A stretch of DNA of 63,359 nucleotides, the filler included, from Squatina squatina (lineage: Eukaryota), in NCBI GenBank assembly GCA_031763465.1. It is 4 parts of 4 records of this genome, joined end to end, with 100 filler letters (N's around TTAATTAATTAA, not from the genome) between each part and the next. Parts side by side here need not be neighbours in the genome. Positions count along the whole stretch, not along the records: positions 37,490 to 49,906 come from JARFOE010000080.1; positions 50,007 to 63,359 come from JARFOE010000039.1; 2 more parts are not named here. The stretch is one strand, 5' to 3'. The notes under the pieces were generated by a model that was not told the origin of the DNA, searched no databases, and was given only the letters and a program-made list of their open reading frames with translations. The position numbers were made by a program, and so were the translations under genes. Each line of letters begins with the position of its first letter. Within the stretch, counting starts at the first letter, position 1. Below are positions 38,070 to 52,313 of the stretch, in pieces.

Positions 38070-39050
38070 GATTGGCAAATGGTGGAAAGTGGTGTTCCGC
38101 AGGTATCTGTGCTGTTCACCATTTACATAAGCGATTGGACTTGGGAATCAGAAGTACAATTTGAAAATTTGCGAGTGACACCAAATTGTGGTTAATACAG
38201 AGGACTGCAACAAAATACAGGAAGACATTAATAAATGTGGAGAATGGGCGTGTAATTGACAAATGAACTCCAACATAGAGAAGTGTGAGGTGGTACATTT
38301 TGGGAGAAAGAATAAAGAGGCCACATACTCCTTGGAAAATAAGTGTTGAAATGGGGTAGAGAAACCTGGGGGTGCAGATGCACAAATCCCTCAAAGTGTT
38401 GACACAGATTAATAAGGCCATAAAAAAGGCAAACAAAACACTCAGGTAATTTCTCAAGAGATAAAATTGAATAGAACAGAAGTTATGTTACAAACTTGTA
38501 TGAAACCTTGGTTGGACCATACTTGGAGTACTGTGAACAGTTCTGGTCTCCATTTTATAAAAAGGATATAGAGGCACTGGAGGAGATGCAAAAAAGATTT
38601 ACTAGAATGATACCAGAACTGAGAGGTTATACCTCAGGAAACATTGAACAGGCTTGGGGCTCTTTTCTCTAGAAAAGAGGAGACTGACCTGATAGAGGAC
38701 TTCAAGATTATAAAGGGGTTTGATGGGATAGACGTAGAGAAGATGTTTCCATTTGTGGGGGGAGACCAGAACTAGGGGCCATAAATATAAGATAGTCACC
38801 AATAAATCCAATAGGGAATTCAGGAGAAACTTCTTTACCCGGAGAGTAGTTAGAATGTGGAACTTGCTGCCGCAAGGAGTGGTTGAAGCGAGAGGCATAG
38901 ATGCATTTAAGCTAGATAAGTACATGAGGGAGAAAGGAATAGAAGGATTCGTTGCAGGGATTAGATGGCGAAGGATGGGATAGGCTCGTGTGGACTCTGG
39001 CATTGACTTGTTGGGCTGAATGGCCTGTTTCTGTGCTGTAAATACTTGTA
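38070..39050 (+). mobile_element. CR1 LINE 3' portion (about 1 kb), decayed
   Basis: PYLEYCEQFWSP-like segment, then RTRGHKYKI...RRNFFTRRVVRMWNLLPQGVVEA, and 3' UTR gggctgaatggcctgtttctgtgctgta. Confidence 0.92.
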
Positions 39051-40340
39051 ATACTTGGTAATACTGTTTAACCTGTTTTTGTATCTCGCTTGAATGCTTA
39101 AAATTGTAATCTTGTTTTATTGACTTTTATTCAAGAAAAAACAAAAATATGTTTTTCTTTGTAAGCTTGTGTACTAGAGTGGGCAATCCAAAAGCTGCCT
39201 TAAGTGTAACAGGCCCAAGTAGTAATGAAGTACAGAGCAAGCTAATGAGTGTGCTGTTGACTAGTATGATGGTGCAAGATTACTGTACCTTTTTATGTCA
39301 AGTTTTGTGGTAAATTGAGAAATATTAGATGGTTTAGTAAAATTCTAGCAGGCTTCAATGTATTTTATTTGCTCTGTATTTTTTCTGAATGTGCCTTGTA
39401 ACTTATGCTTTGCATTTTTTTCAGGGCTGTCTAACAAGCTGAAGACTTGTGTTATGGGAAGTTTGATGTTTGTATAGAAATAAAAACTCAAGCAAAAACT
39501 CAATGGCCTTCAAGTTTGTTTTAAAACTGAGTGACAGGAGAAAAGAACATTCAATAGTGGCATACCAGTTGGCAGTTCTAGGAGGTGCATCACAACATTA
39601 TACACATCACAAAAAGGATTTCTTTAAAGTTGAAATGAACCATTTAGTTATTTAGCCCAAATTGTTTTCATACTTTTCTGTGGTTTAACATGCTGCTAGG
39701 TTGCCAAATATGGAGCATATATAGCATTCTCCAGGTACTGCGTATGCTGGCCCTTGGCAGATAAAATCTGATCTCGAGAACAATGTTGCCTTCAATTTTA
39801 TTTGGGTGCGCGGTCCATACAAAGTACCGACTATGACAGGTTTTCCTTTTAAAAACCAGTGAGCCGTCTACGCGGGAGCTGCAGAGCGCGCAGCTTAAAG
39901 GGAGCATTGCTCATGGACTTCAGATTAGCAACCTTTCTGTTGCTGTATCAAAACAAGGGTATTTCACTACTTGTGTTAGCTACAAGGGCTATCGCAGACT
40001 GAGGTACATTGAGGATTTTTCCTTGTTACTGTAGCCTAATGTTAGCTAATCTTCATCTGATGGGAGGGCTTCATTTTTTCATCAGACTTCGAAGAATCCT
40101 GATCTTGTGGCATAATCCTGTTGAACTGTATGAGAATTTTCAGAGGTTGCAAAATGTAGGTTAGATAAATGTCAGTTGGCTTAGGGTTCAGTTATAATAC
40201 CATTTTTGTATCAATGCGAACCAGCTTCAGGTGCTCATCAACACCAGAAGAGCTTCGATCTAATGCTCAAATGTAGTGAAACCAAGCAATGAGAGACCTT
40301 TTCCAAGGGGCCATGTCATGGTACTTGGAGCTTACACTAA

Positions 40341-40628
40341 AAGAAAGACTTGCATTTATATAGTGACTTTCATGGCCACTGGATGTCCCAAACCACTTTA
40401 GGGGAGTTATCCCCAGTGTCCTGGGCCAATGTTTATCCCTCAACATAACAAAAACAGATGATCTGGCCATTATCACATTGCTGTTTGTGGGAGCTTGTGT
40501 GCAAATCAGCTGCCACGTTTCCTACATTACAACAGTGACCACACTCCATAAGTACTTAATTGGCTGTAAAGTGTTTTGAGACATCCGGTGGTCGTGAAAG
40601 GTGCTACATCCAAGTCTGCCTTTCTTTA
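40341..40628. mobile_element. DeuSINE-like (SacSINE1/AmnSINE1-type) fragment preceded by an inverted copy of its tail
   Basis: Deu-domain-like gtcctgggccaatgtttatccctcaac...cacattgctgtttgtgggagcttg...cctacattacaacagtgac on +. Positions 40341-40400 are the reverse complement of the tail. Confidence 0.78.
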
Positions 40629-41489
40629 CAGCCAAAGAAGNNNNNNNNNNNNNNNNNNNNNNNNNNNNNNNNNNNNNNNNNNNNNNNNNNNNNNNNNNNN
40701 NNNNNNNNNNNNNNNNNNNNNNNNNNNNNNNNNNNNNNNNAGTGACCAAAAAATCATGACTGTATATACTGCCTGATATAAAACTCATACACTTTGCAAT
40801 CTGAAAAAGGTAACCAGTATTAACTTATTTAGAATTTCAGATATTGATCTATTTTTTGTACTTTTCCATTTTCGTGGGGAGCCTGAAGCTGATCCTAGAT
40901 CCTTACAAGTTCAGAAGACTTTGTCTGAAAACAAACGTATATCTGAAAATCAGACATGTCAACAATGACACTCTGTCTTAATGAATAGTGACAATATGAA
41001 GAAAAATGTCAACTTCTGCCTGTTTTTGGTTCTAATATCCGCCTGAAGTGCAAACGTATTCAGTACAAAGCCAATCAAAAAATCCACATCTGTCTTAACT
41101 TGTCTGAGACTGATTACACAAGACTTCACCACTATCTTCTTCTTTTGTTGAATATGTGTTCATTTGTCAAACCCTTTTACAATAAATCAAATCTTTCTGA
41201 CACTTTTGCCCTGAGTTCAAAGCTGTAGATTATCTTTTGTAGCAGAGATATAAACAGAAAAAATACTGTNNNNNNNNNNNNNNNNNNNNNNNNNNNNNNN
41301 NNNNNNNNNNNNNNNNNNNNNNNNNNNNNNNNNNNNNNNNNNNNNNNNNNNNNNNNNNNNNNNNNNNNNTTCCTCTTCATACACATCAAATGCTGTAGAT
41401 AAACATTGAAGTGAACCACAGGGAGCCAAGCAATTTTAAAGCTATACGTGGGTTCCTGGAATTAATATACCTTTGGATGTTTCTGGAAA

Positions 41490-41580
41490 AAAGAAAGACT
41501 ACAGAATGTCCCAAAGCGCTTTACAGCCAATGAAGCACTTTTGAAGTGTAGTCCCTGTTGTAATGTAGGAAACACAGCAT
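41490..41580 (-). mobile_element. DeuSINE-like 3' fragment
   Basis: Reverse complement of cctacattacaacag...cttcaaaagtgcttcattggctgtaaagcgctttgggac. Confidence 0.72.
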
Positions 41581-44201
41581 GCAACTTAGAAACTGGTCAA
41601 TTCAAGGCCTTCTATAAGCAACTATTTCATGTATTACAAGAATGTGCTATCTGGTTTGAAAGTCATTCACTTCTCTTCTGAATTAATTAGGTTCTCTTAA
41701 TTTTCATTTATTATTTTTTTGGGGAGGAGGGGAGGGACATAGTTAGATGCAGTCACAGGTTGAGAGCTGAGCTGTGTTTCTAACTTGGCAGAATACCTAG
41801 TTTGGTCCCCCCACCCACACATAATACATACCCCCACCACACTCCCTGCCACCACTCCTACCTCCCTCTTACTGGAAAGACTTGTTTGTACTTAAACTTC
41901 TCAAAGCATGACAGCATATGTTTAGGTACTTGTAGATAATGGTTCCTACCTCATTCTGGACTGCACATAATCACTGTAATTATGCCTTTTAGCCAAGATG
42001 TAACATCAGCAGTGAAGGATAATGCACAGGTCAAAGGAGAGGAGGGAAAGCAGGCTTCCACACATTGTAACAGATTAATGTTGATTTTGCTGTGCCAGAC
42101 AAAAAAGCAGGAACTCATAATGTCAATGCCCCATGCGATTCAACTCTTTTAAGAATCTAATAGTTCTGAAGAACGCTGTTAATAGAGGTAGAGTATTCAC
42201 AGGAGAACAATTAGCAGAAGTAGCCCATTGTTTCCGACAGGCTGCAGCAACTACTGATTGAAGGGCTAAAAGCTTTAAAGCCAGTCCTCATTTCCCTGTT
42301 CCTTTAGTCAATAATTTAGAAATGCTTGCTTTTTTCTCACCGTAGCAGGAATTAATTAGCCAGGCCACAAGAGNNNNNNNNNNNNNNNNNNNNNNNNNNN
42401 NNNNNNNNNNNNNNNNNNNNNNNNNNNNNNNNNNNNNNNNNNNNNNNNNNNNNNNNNNNNNNNNNNNNNNNNNTCTGCCGAATTCTCTCAGGAGGTGTAA
42501 AGCTATGTGAGCCTCTCTACCGGAAAATTAAAGGTGATTTTTTTGCTTTGGTGCATTAGGCGACTCTGTTCTGACATGAGGTGTGTTTCGAGCTGCATGT
42601 CAGTTATGTGTGCCTTATTATAGCATCCTCCTCAGGGAAAGCATCTTCTAGCACTCAGACCTTGAATTCACACTTTCTCTTCCCACATACATGGGGAAAT
42701 GATTACTTACAATTGAGAGAGCCATGCTAAGTGGCCTGGAAATGAATACAAAGATAAAATGCAGAGGGAGTGAAGAAAATGCCATAGGGCAACTAGAGTT
42801 TCCTAAAGGTTTTTAAATCGCTGCATTTCAAGACATACAGGGTGTTGCTGTTAAGCTAATTTATTGTAAAAAAAGTGAATTTTATTACCTACCCAGGATC
42901 AGTAGGAAATAGAGTTACTGATTCATTCATTGTATAAACAACAAATTAATTAATTAAAAACCACAATATCTGTCAAAGCACAGAATATTTGGAAACCCCC
43001 CCCCGAGTTATTTTTCAATATTTNNNNNNNNNNNNNNNNNNNNNNNNNNNNNNNNNNNNNNNNNNNNNNNNNNNNNNNNNNNNNNNNNNNNNNNNNNNNN
43101 NNNNNNNNNNNNNNNNNNNNNNNGTACTCCTGGTTGTCCTGTCTTCCATTTTGTGTTACTGGCCTGCCCAACATTCTCCATTTTGTACTGAATTCTACAT
43201 TAGGATGGGTCAAAGTACAGGAGGGGTGCATTAGTTCAGTGGTGCAGCTCTGTCTATAATACATTCTGTGAGCTCCTCAAGTTCTCTGTTCACAAAATGA
43301 TCCACAGACATAATGGTCAAATGAAATTCAAACCTTTTGCTCATGCTGAGTGTCAGCCTACATTTTGAAGTTGAACCTATGACCATGAAATTAATTAAAG
43401 GTATGAAATTAATATCTATCCTACAGTATTTTCTTTCTTTTAAATGTAATATATTGTCCCTGAAATTAACAAACTTCAAGTGCATCCAAGCAATATGTAG
43501 GATACTGAAAGAAATCCCTGGCCTCCAAGGCTGCCTGTTTAATGTTATAATGCTTCAACACTGAGCTACTGGTTCACAGTTCTGACAAACTCATCTCACA
43601 CATGACTGCATGTCAGACCCAATGTCTGATAGGCTGAGTGTCAGGGGAATGTACCGAGGATATCGAGGAACTCTTATTACTACAGAATGACATTTATAAC
43701 AAAATCGGCATATATTTCTCCCTCCTCCTTCCACTGTCAGCTCTCATAATACAGGGAATTTCACACATGTTCATGCTATATAGTCCGAACAAAGGAAAGT
43801 GGGAATATTAGCCGATTTTCTTTGGTCTCACACCAGAGGGAGAAATTACTCAGATAGTAAGCAATTTATAGAACGGAGTGACTCCTGCCAACGAACCGGA
43901 AGCTACGCAGAAGCATTCTGTACATGACCGTCAGGTCCCAAATTTTAAAAATAACGGGCCTAAAATTGCGATGTTCCCACGCACCCGGGAGACATCACAA
44001 AAGCCGGTTATGGGGCTGTTCATTGAAAGCCCGCATAACCGGCATTTGCGATCTGTCCAGAAACTTCTGGACAGATCCAACGCTGAGGCTGCGGAGCCCA
44101 TNNNNNNNNNNNNNNNNNNNNNNNNNNNNNNNNNNNNNNNNNNNNNNNNNNNNNNNNNNNNNNNNNNNNNNNNNNNNNNNNNNNNNNNNNNNNNNNNNNN
44201 N

Positions 44202-44353
44202 CAGACCTGCCATAAATGTGCAGCCGGCAGTTACTCACTCGGAAGTGGGATTCGGTTTGATGAATGGGATACTTTGCCAGTGGGATTTTCTACTGTGGCA
44301 AGGTTTGTAGAAGATGCAGAAGGCAGTGACAGCAGCAGCGAGAACTGCAATTC
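44202..44353 (+). CDS. ELAPOR2: ELAPOR2/KIAA1324L-like exon, 5' end lost in gap
   Basis: QTCHKCAAGSYSLGSGIRFDEWDTLPVGFSTVARF...SSENCN then |gtaagt. Matches the recalled ELAPOR family C..C..G.YSLGSGI.FDEWD.LP.GF segment. ELAPOR1 cannot be fully excluded. Confidence 0.8.
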
Positions 44354-47300
44354 GTAAGTAAACAAATGACAGATTCTTGTTACTTGCCATCTGCTTATCA
44401 AGTGCATACAAGTGCATGTCTTTGTAATCAGTTGGATTTCTGCATTTTGTTATTCACTTAGTAACCAACATTGTAGTTGTGATTGGTGCAGGAGATAATT
44501 AATGTTCCAGCACTGCTAATTTGCTTTTCTCTGGAGCCCATTTTACATTTTTAAAGCAGTTCACTGGCACAAGGGGAAGAGTGGCAGCCCTGGAACAACC
44601 AGCTTTTGTCTGTGATTCTGATGTCTTCAGTAGGGCCCGCCTCAGATGCGTCGCCACATTGCCAAAGGTTTTTTCACGATTCCCCTTACTCTGACCCTCT
44701 GGGGTAAGTGGTGGGGACCTTCCTAATGTCGCTGTCAGAATCACGTCCTCTTGGATTTTTGGGTTCACAATATTTTATTATTATGGCTTTACCAATATAA
44801 TGTAAATAACTATTATAACACTTAATATTACACAAGTAAAACCTGTCTTTGACATATCTCCCAAATGCATTTTTTAAGTTTCTGCCTGCACTGAGTTTAT
44901 AGGTTTCTGCCTTCCAGACAAGCTTCAGCCACCATTCTGTGGAAGCACATGGCTGCAGGCTGCAGCAGAATTATTTTTTACATGCCGGAGTAACAATTTT
45001 TCAGATAAAAATCTCTAGTAGGACAGCAGAAATGATTTTAGTACAATAGGCCTAAGAGATTTAATAGATATAAACAACACAAATCCCTAAAAATCATACT
45101 GAAACAAATAGCCTCCAGCTAGACGATAGATTTATTTTAAAGACAAGCCAGAGAAAAGCTCCAATAGGTCAACATCAATATTCCAGTCAAACAGGACAGC
45201 AAATGAGTTGAGAATCAAAACCACAAGCAGTTCAGTGATAGCAGCACTGATAGAGCAAACCTCAGGGGACAATAGCTCCTGTTGTCTGACACAGAGGAAG
45301 CTGCAGTTGAAGAGATTTACAAGTATCAGGATGGCGCATCTGACTCCACTAGTTCTGGCCTATGTTAAATATTCCTGCGTGTTCAGCACTTTACAGCTAC
45401 AGGGCTTACCTATACTCATTCAATGTATGGTAATATGGTGTGGAAGCTGGTGAGGAAACTCCGAATGAAAAATGTTGAATAGATCTTTCAGCTATCTTAT
45501 TCTCTAGATTACCTCCCAAAATATGTCCAAATGAGTTCGTGAAGTAGTGTAGAGAAAGAATCTTGTACAGCCTTGTACTGATACCTTCCCCTCCCATCAA
45601 AGGAAAGTGAAAATGGGAAATGTCTATTTAAGAAAGGTTTTTATTGCATCATCAATTTACGATATCACCATCACTCATTGGTCCTTGTANNNNNNNNNNN
45701 NNNNNNNNNNNNNNNNNNNNNNNNNNNNNNNNNNNNNNNNNNNNNNNNNNNNNNNNNNNNNNNNNNNNNNNNNNNNNNNNNNNNNNNNNCTTACTGTCCA
45801 TGAAATAAATCAGCCTAACGATTTGTATCCAGCCTTATTTCACCAAGCGTTTCTCAATCGGCATTCAAAAACATTATGAGGGCATGTGCCAAACATATGA
45901 TATCCAGTTCAGATCACAAGGGGCCTCTGTAACACTAATTTTTGCTTCTGCTTTGAATCTACGCCTTTTTTCAAGGTGTGGAGTAATACCCATGTTTTAT
46001 TCTGGAAGAATAATTACCACTTTGTATCATCACTACCAAATATAGTCATTAAAAATATTAATTATGCTAACTTTACATATAAACTAGATAAGAGTTTATT
46101 AATTTTAAAATTCCTTGCTATAATTTTACAAGGTATAATTATTTTTCACATTAAAAAGTGCTTCATCAAAATTAATGTACCTTTCAGTTTTTAAATAATT
46201 GAATGATGAAAAAATATGCACTTTTAAATTAAATTCTCTGTCGGATTATAATTGGAAAAACTGTAAACCATATATAACTATGATAAAAAATGGTATATTA
46301 ATGTGTAAAAGTGGCACCACGAGGCCTTTTGGATGACATGCATATGCTCTTCTGTAACGTTTAACTGCTTGTTCAATTTATATCCCAATCATTGTTCCCT
46401 TCATGCCATGTTGCATCTAGGTTCACTCAGTTTCAGGTGACCGTGTATTATCAGCTACAGCAGTGGACTATGCACAACCTGCACACATGTGGTTGTGAGA
46501 CTGGTTTAGGGGCCATTAAGAGAAGTCAAGAATTGAGGGATATAAGCAAAATGTTTTGTACATTGTGTTTAGCGACTCTCTGTCAAACTATAGGAAAGAA
46601 AAAGTTGGAGATCTGAGGCATGAGACCACCTTGAACTTAAAGTAATTTTGTTACTTCTTTGAAACAAACCACGTCATTTATATGGAATAGATAAACATAA
46701 ATTGGCACATGTTTACTCTGCATCTAGTTTAGTCCTTAGTGTTTACACTGCCAGTTGTTTCACATGTTAATTAAAATCACCACTGAAGATGAACGAGCNN
46801 NNNNNNNNNNNNNNNNNNNNNNNNNNNNNNNNNNNNNNNNNNNNNNNNNNNNNNNNNNNNNNNNNNNNNNNNNNNNNNNNNNNNNNNNNNNNNNNNNNGA
46901 CTGCTGCTTGAAGTTTACCTGGAACATATTCTGTGCTAAACAAACTTTTCAGACCAAATCTGGGGAAAGAATAATTGCCATTTCAGGTTTAACTGATAAT
47001 ATAATGCCTCTTCAGAATCTATGCTCTACATATATAACAGTGCAGTTGTTTTTTCCAAAATAACATTTTCCTCAGCAGAGGAAATTGTCTTTAATCTATT
47101 TACAGCTATACAAATACATACTCTATAGATTCCCAAAAAGAAAAAGAAACAGAAATACTTTCCAACGAGTGCAATTTATTCCTTTCATAAATCTCTGTTG
47201 AAAAGCCTGCCTTGTAGTGAAGATGGCTTGTACCTGCTGACTCTTTCCAATTTTTTGAATCATGGGTAGGTTACAGCACCAGATATTCATCTGTTGACAG

Positions 47301-49906
47301 CCATTGCACAGAATTTATATAAACAATGATTCTTACTAGTTGTTACTGCCATTAATCAAAATGAGCCTTCTATAAAACAAAATTACATCTCATGCAAATT
47401 CATGATCACTTCTACCACAGATGTCTCGTGCAGCTGCTGATGTGCAGATGATGAGAATGCAAAAGAAAATTCTCCTTTGTGTTGTGTAACAAAATGAGCA
47501 CTCAGCAGACCAGTAACCTTTGCTTAACTCCTGGACTGTGAAGTGTAAAAAGTCTTTTCAAGGAAGGATAAATGACTGTTGAGGGCCTTTAGCAGTCCAT
47601 GAAGATATTAAGGAAAGCACAAATGTTTCCCCTGAACAACAGATTATGGGAACATTAAGCAACAATTACTGTAATGAGAATTATTCAAGCAGCAAGGTAG
47701 CAGACATGCTGTGTACAGCTGGCAGATTCATCTGGTTATTGAGAAGACAGCATGTCAGAGACAGAAGTTGTAGCACAATTTATGTACACTTGTATTACCA
47801 CGCTGCTGGGAAAGTATCAGTATTTTGGGAGTGCGGATATTGTTTTTCAGCCAATTGTTTTCCAAATTTTTGTAACCTAAAAACATGCTTCTTTAGGTAT
47901 TCTCAGACTACTTTAATAATTGGACATTATTATCTTCACAAGTAATCAAAAGTAGTTTTATTGTGAAAGTTATCTTGCCAGTGAAGTGATATATCCATTC
48001 AACATGAACATGCGTTCTCGGATCTGGGAGATGCATGTTGATGTATATCCCAGCAAAAGCCTCTGTTCTGTTACTTCCTCCATCATGTTTGTATTGCTTT
48101 GTGGATTGCTTGAGATTAGGATAAGACAAGGAGTGCTGCTCATTTTCTAAACAGCTAGACATATGGAATAATTTGAACACTGCTTCCCCATGGCTTATTG
48201 GGCTCGCATAAAGCTGCAATATTCTGGCAATGCTGCAGTGTCCGGAGAAGAGGCATGACATTTAAAGGGAATGGAAGAGGAAAGGTACAATTTACTTTCA
48301 GACCTCGGCTGGGATAGAGACTTAAAAGGCAAATGTATTGGGCCCATAGGGAGTGAGGGAAAATCATTCCTAGGCCATCGCCTTCATTTTGCAGGTTAGA
48401 GTGCTTACCACCACACCCAAGGGACCACTGCCACATTTTTGCCTGGTAGTTGTTGGAATTGGCAGAGGAAGTGGTAGTGAGCAAAGAAATGCGTTGGCTT
48501 GTGGGTTCTGTCTCCATGATGGCATTTACATTTGACAGGCAGGGAAAGGATGGAGACCAGCTATCCCTGTGGAGTTGGGGTGGGGTGAGGGCAGGGGGAA
48601 AGAAATTGACGTAAGGAAGGAAATGTTACTAATAGGGTCTTAACACCCTATTTTTGACCAACTTTCTGCCACTGCCGATTTTGGATGGGTCATTGAAGGA
48701 AAATAGGGACGACACTATCTTTTNNNNNNNNNNGGGGGCCCAGTGAAATGTAGGAATACAAAGTTATAGAGGATTCAGGGGAACATACAGGCGTTTCAGC
48801 AACCATGAGTCCCACGTGGTGTGTTGCCACGGTAAAGGACATCACTGAGATGGTGCACAACATTTAGAGGGGGTCGATGTGGGAAACAATGACAAAAGAA
48901 GGAATAGGGTTGACATCCTGCAGCCAGTGATTCAGGAGCTCAAAAAGCAGGACTTCAAAGATAGTAATCTCTGGATTACTCCCAGTGCCACGTTGCTAGT
49001 GAGTACAGCAACTGCAGNNNNNNNNNNNNNNNNNNNNNNNNNNNNNNNNNNNNNNNNNNNNNNNNNNNNNNNNNNNNNNNNNNNNNNNNNNNNNNNNNNN
49101 NNNNNNNNNNNNNNNNNTTTCTCTGCCTTCCACTTTTGCTTTTCTCCTTCCTGTCTTTTGTTGCTATCTTTGTTTCCCCTTCTTCTGTCTCCCTGCATAG
49201 TTTCCTATCCCCCTGCCATTTTAGTTTTCTGTAGTGGTTTTCAAGGAAGGGGGAGAGGTAGAACAGGTGGAAGTATGATCCCTTCTTTATTCCAGTGTCA
49301 GATCTATACCATGATGATTAGTGCCCACTAATCACTTTTCTTAAGTACGCCAGTGAGTGGGCAACTGAAACTTGGCATGCAAGTGTTGTGTTATATATTC
49401 ATTTTCATCAGGGAGGCTAACAAGCTGAATATACAATTTAGGAGGGAGGGCTAAGTTTAATCCCTTGTGGTATAGATGTGTTTAATAATTGGAGATAGAT
49501 GGTGCAAGGACCTCAGTGACACAAGAAAGATGACTGAGTCAGCCATTTGAGCTGTATTAACATAATTATATTTTTAAGCAACAAAAAGATTAGGTGCAGG
49601 TATCAGAAATGTTAATAGTCCTACAGCAAAGACTTACAATTTTTCTTTAAAACAAAGTCTATCTCAACCTCAATTAACATCAGTTGAAAAATATATGCTT
49701 TGAAATTATCTTTGTGAAAAAAGCATTGTGTGATAAAAATGAATAACAGATTTAAATCCACTTTAAAATTCATCCAATGTATTTGCAACTGTAACTTATG
49801 CATCAGATTTGCTTAAAATCCACAGAATTTTCATTTCCGGGATGGTAGACATATTTAGAGACTTTAATGTACACTTGAATTGAGGAGCCAGCACTGACAA
49901 TAACCA

Positions 49907-50006
49907 NNNNNNNNNNNNNNNNNNNNNNNNNNNNNNNNNNNNNNNNNNNNTTAATTAATTAANNNNNNNNNNNNNNNNNNNNNNNNNNNNNNNNNNNNNN
50001 NNNNNN
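49907..50006. other. Artificial scaffold-joining linker
   Basis: Identical N44-TTAATTAATTAA-N44 structure. Confidence 0.95.
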
Positions 50007-50009
50007 ATT

Positions 50010-50240
50010 TTTTTTTTTTAACACAGCAAGTGGCAAGGATCTGGAATGCGCTGCCTGAAAAGGTGGTGGAAGCAGACTCAATTAAGACTTTCAAAAGGGA
50101 GTTTGACAAGTACCCCAACAAAACAATTTGCAGAACTACGAGAAAGGACGGGGGAGTGGGACTGCTGGGGTGCTCTTGCAGAGAACTGGCACAGGCTCAA
50201 TGGGCCAAATGCTTCCGTGCTGTAACCATTCTATGATTCC
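50010..50240 (+). mobile_element. CR1 LINE 3' end
   Basis: RIWNALPEKVVEADSIKTFKREFDKY followed by 3' UTR and ttctatgattc tail. Confidence 0.85.
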
Positions 50241-52313
50241 ATGAAGTGCTAAAGCAACACAGTTTACAGTGAACGAACAACCGAGATAAAAATGAATAGT
50301 GAGGCATACATGCTTCAATGCAGAAAGAGTTTTGGGCCAATCTTTCCTGCATGGTGTCATGTACAATATTGGTAACTGTCTGGTGAGGGTGTCTGGCGCG
50401 AGGAAGCCAGACATCCTGCCGAATGGATTTTGGAAGAGTTCCACCCTCACTAAAATTTCCTGTATCCCCAGGCAGTCCAGAAACTGTCTAAGAATCACAA
50501 TATTCTCTTCTGTTCCTTCAATGTAGGTTCACCTGCATGATGACCAAGTATTGTCTATTGTTGATGGCATCCTGCTAATCCTCATACACACTACAGGAAG
50601 GCCATCGATGAGAAGTATGATCCAACTTAACTAGAGAGTGTACCTTATGCACTCCGACTGGACTATTTTGCTGGGCTCCTGCATTTCATCAGCCCATGGG
50701 GACAGCACAGCTTGGCTTCAGCTAACCAGAATGAGAAAATCAGAAGAAGTGTCAAACAAGCAGCTTGAATCTCTTGTTAAGACCTTTACCACCCAAACCA
50801 GTCCCCAAACCTTAAAAGGTATATCCAAAAATAGCCACAACAAAAAAAGAAATTTGCCTGTAATCTCAACTATGCTTTTCCAATTAAATAAATAATTTCC
50901 TTTCTGGAATCTGGGATACTTGTTGCATTCCGGCAGAGTCGAATGCCAGATTCGCACACGTTGGTCAGTGCACCGGTTCAGGACCGGAGGTGGGAAAACT
51001 ACAACAAAAAAAATTCTCAGTCTCTAAGAGCTTCAACAGCAAGGGCTAATCTGTGGCAAAGAGAATGCAGCCGGTGATTAACATTTCTTTCATCCATCGA
51101 GGGGTGGGAGACGAGAAGAACTGCCTCTCCAACTCAGCTGTTTGAAAGAAAGGATAATTTACCACCAAATGGCCTCAACAGATGCTCCCTCCACTCATCT
51201 CATTTCCCTCATATGCTAAATTGACAACCCTCTCCTTCATGATCTCAAAACATTTTCTGCACAAGTCTGGAGTCACGGGGAGGGAGCAGAAACAATACGA
51301 ACATTCAGATTTGTTTAAATTTACAATAATCAACAAATTACAGAAATATTTTCAAATAAATAAAAATAGCAAAGGCACAGAGAAAGAAATGTGCAGTGTA
51401 TACATATCAAAAATTGTTTAAAACTTAAATTGCGAAACTATGTCATTTATTAAATGTTTAGCAATATTTTTTGCTCTGTGCTTCAGCTGTGATAAGGCAC
51501 ACAATTGTTAAGCAGTTTGGAAATCACATCTTTCAAGGCAAGTGGTTAAAATTAAATTTACAGACAGTTTGTCAGAACTGCATTATCTGTGATTCGAGTC
51601 TGTGCACTGGTAATTGTTTTAGACCCATTCAACAAGACCGAGAAAGTAGCCCTGCGACTGTAAAGTGTAAAACAAAACCCTCCAGTACATGTTAATTTAA
51701 TTTAAAATGGAGCTCTGTACACTCGCTGTTTCTGTAAGAGTGGCAATGTATGTGGCGTCATGGTTAGCTAAAGTAACAAGTCATCCAAACAGTTTTGGGA
51801 AGAAGTCAAGTGCTCCATCATGCTGTACCACAGAGCAGCTGGACGTGAGTGTGCAACTGTGTTTCCAGACACTGTTGATTCCTGATATCAGCTATGCAAT
51901 CAAATAGACTGCACTTGCTAAGCACTTTCTTACAGGGAGGGAGAAAAAAATTGCTAGGAAGAGGTCAGTCAAAAGATTCAGACCATCCAAATAGCCACAG
52001 CATCAGAGAACTGGACGCCCATCTTCGTTTCTAAAGAATTATATACGGTGTAGAGAAACTTATGCATAGTAACTTAAAAATAGAGGCAAAATTGCTTCCT
52101 CGTTGGCTCAGCAAATTTAGCTAGTGAGATGCTGAGCAAGATCCCGGTTACCATTCCCAGCCTGTGCTACTTGATCTCAGTTGGTATGCTGGAAGCAGTG
52201 CTGTTGGGTGGTTNNNNNNNNNNNNNNNNNNNNNNNNNNNNNNNNNNNNNNNNNNNNNNNNNNNNNNNNNNNNNNNNNNNNNNNNNNNNNNNNNNNNNNN
52301 NNNNNNNNNNNNN

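Noticed and set aside
43878-44101. N-terminal half of the 159-aa ORF upstream of the ELAPOR2 exon
   Set aside because: It lies on another contig across a gap and begins a GC-rich MITE-like element (gggcctaaaattgcg); not part of the exon.
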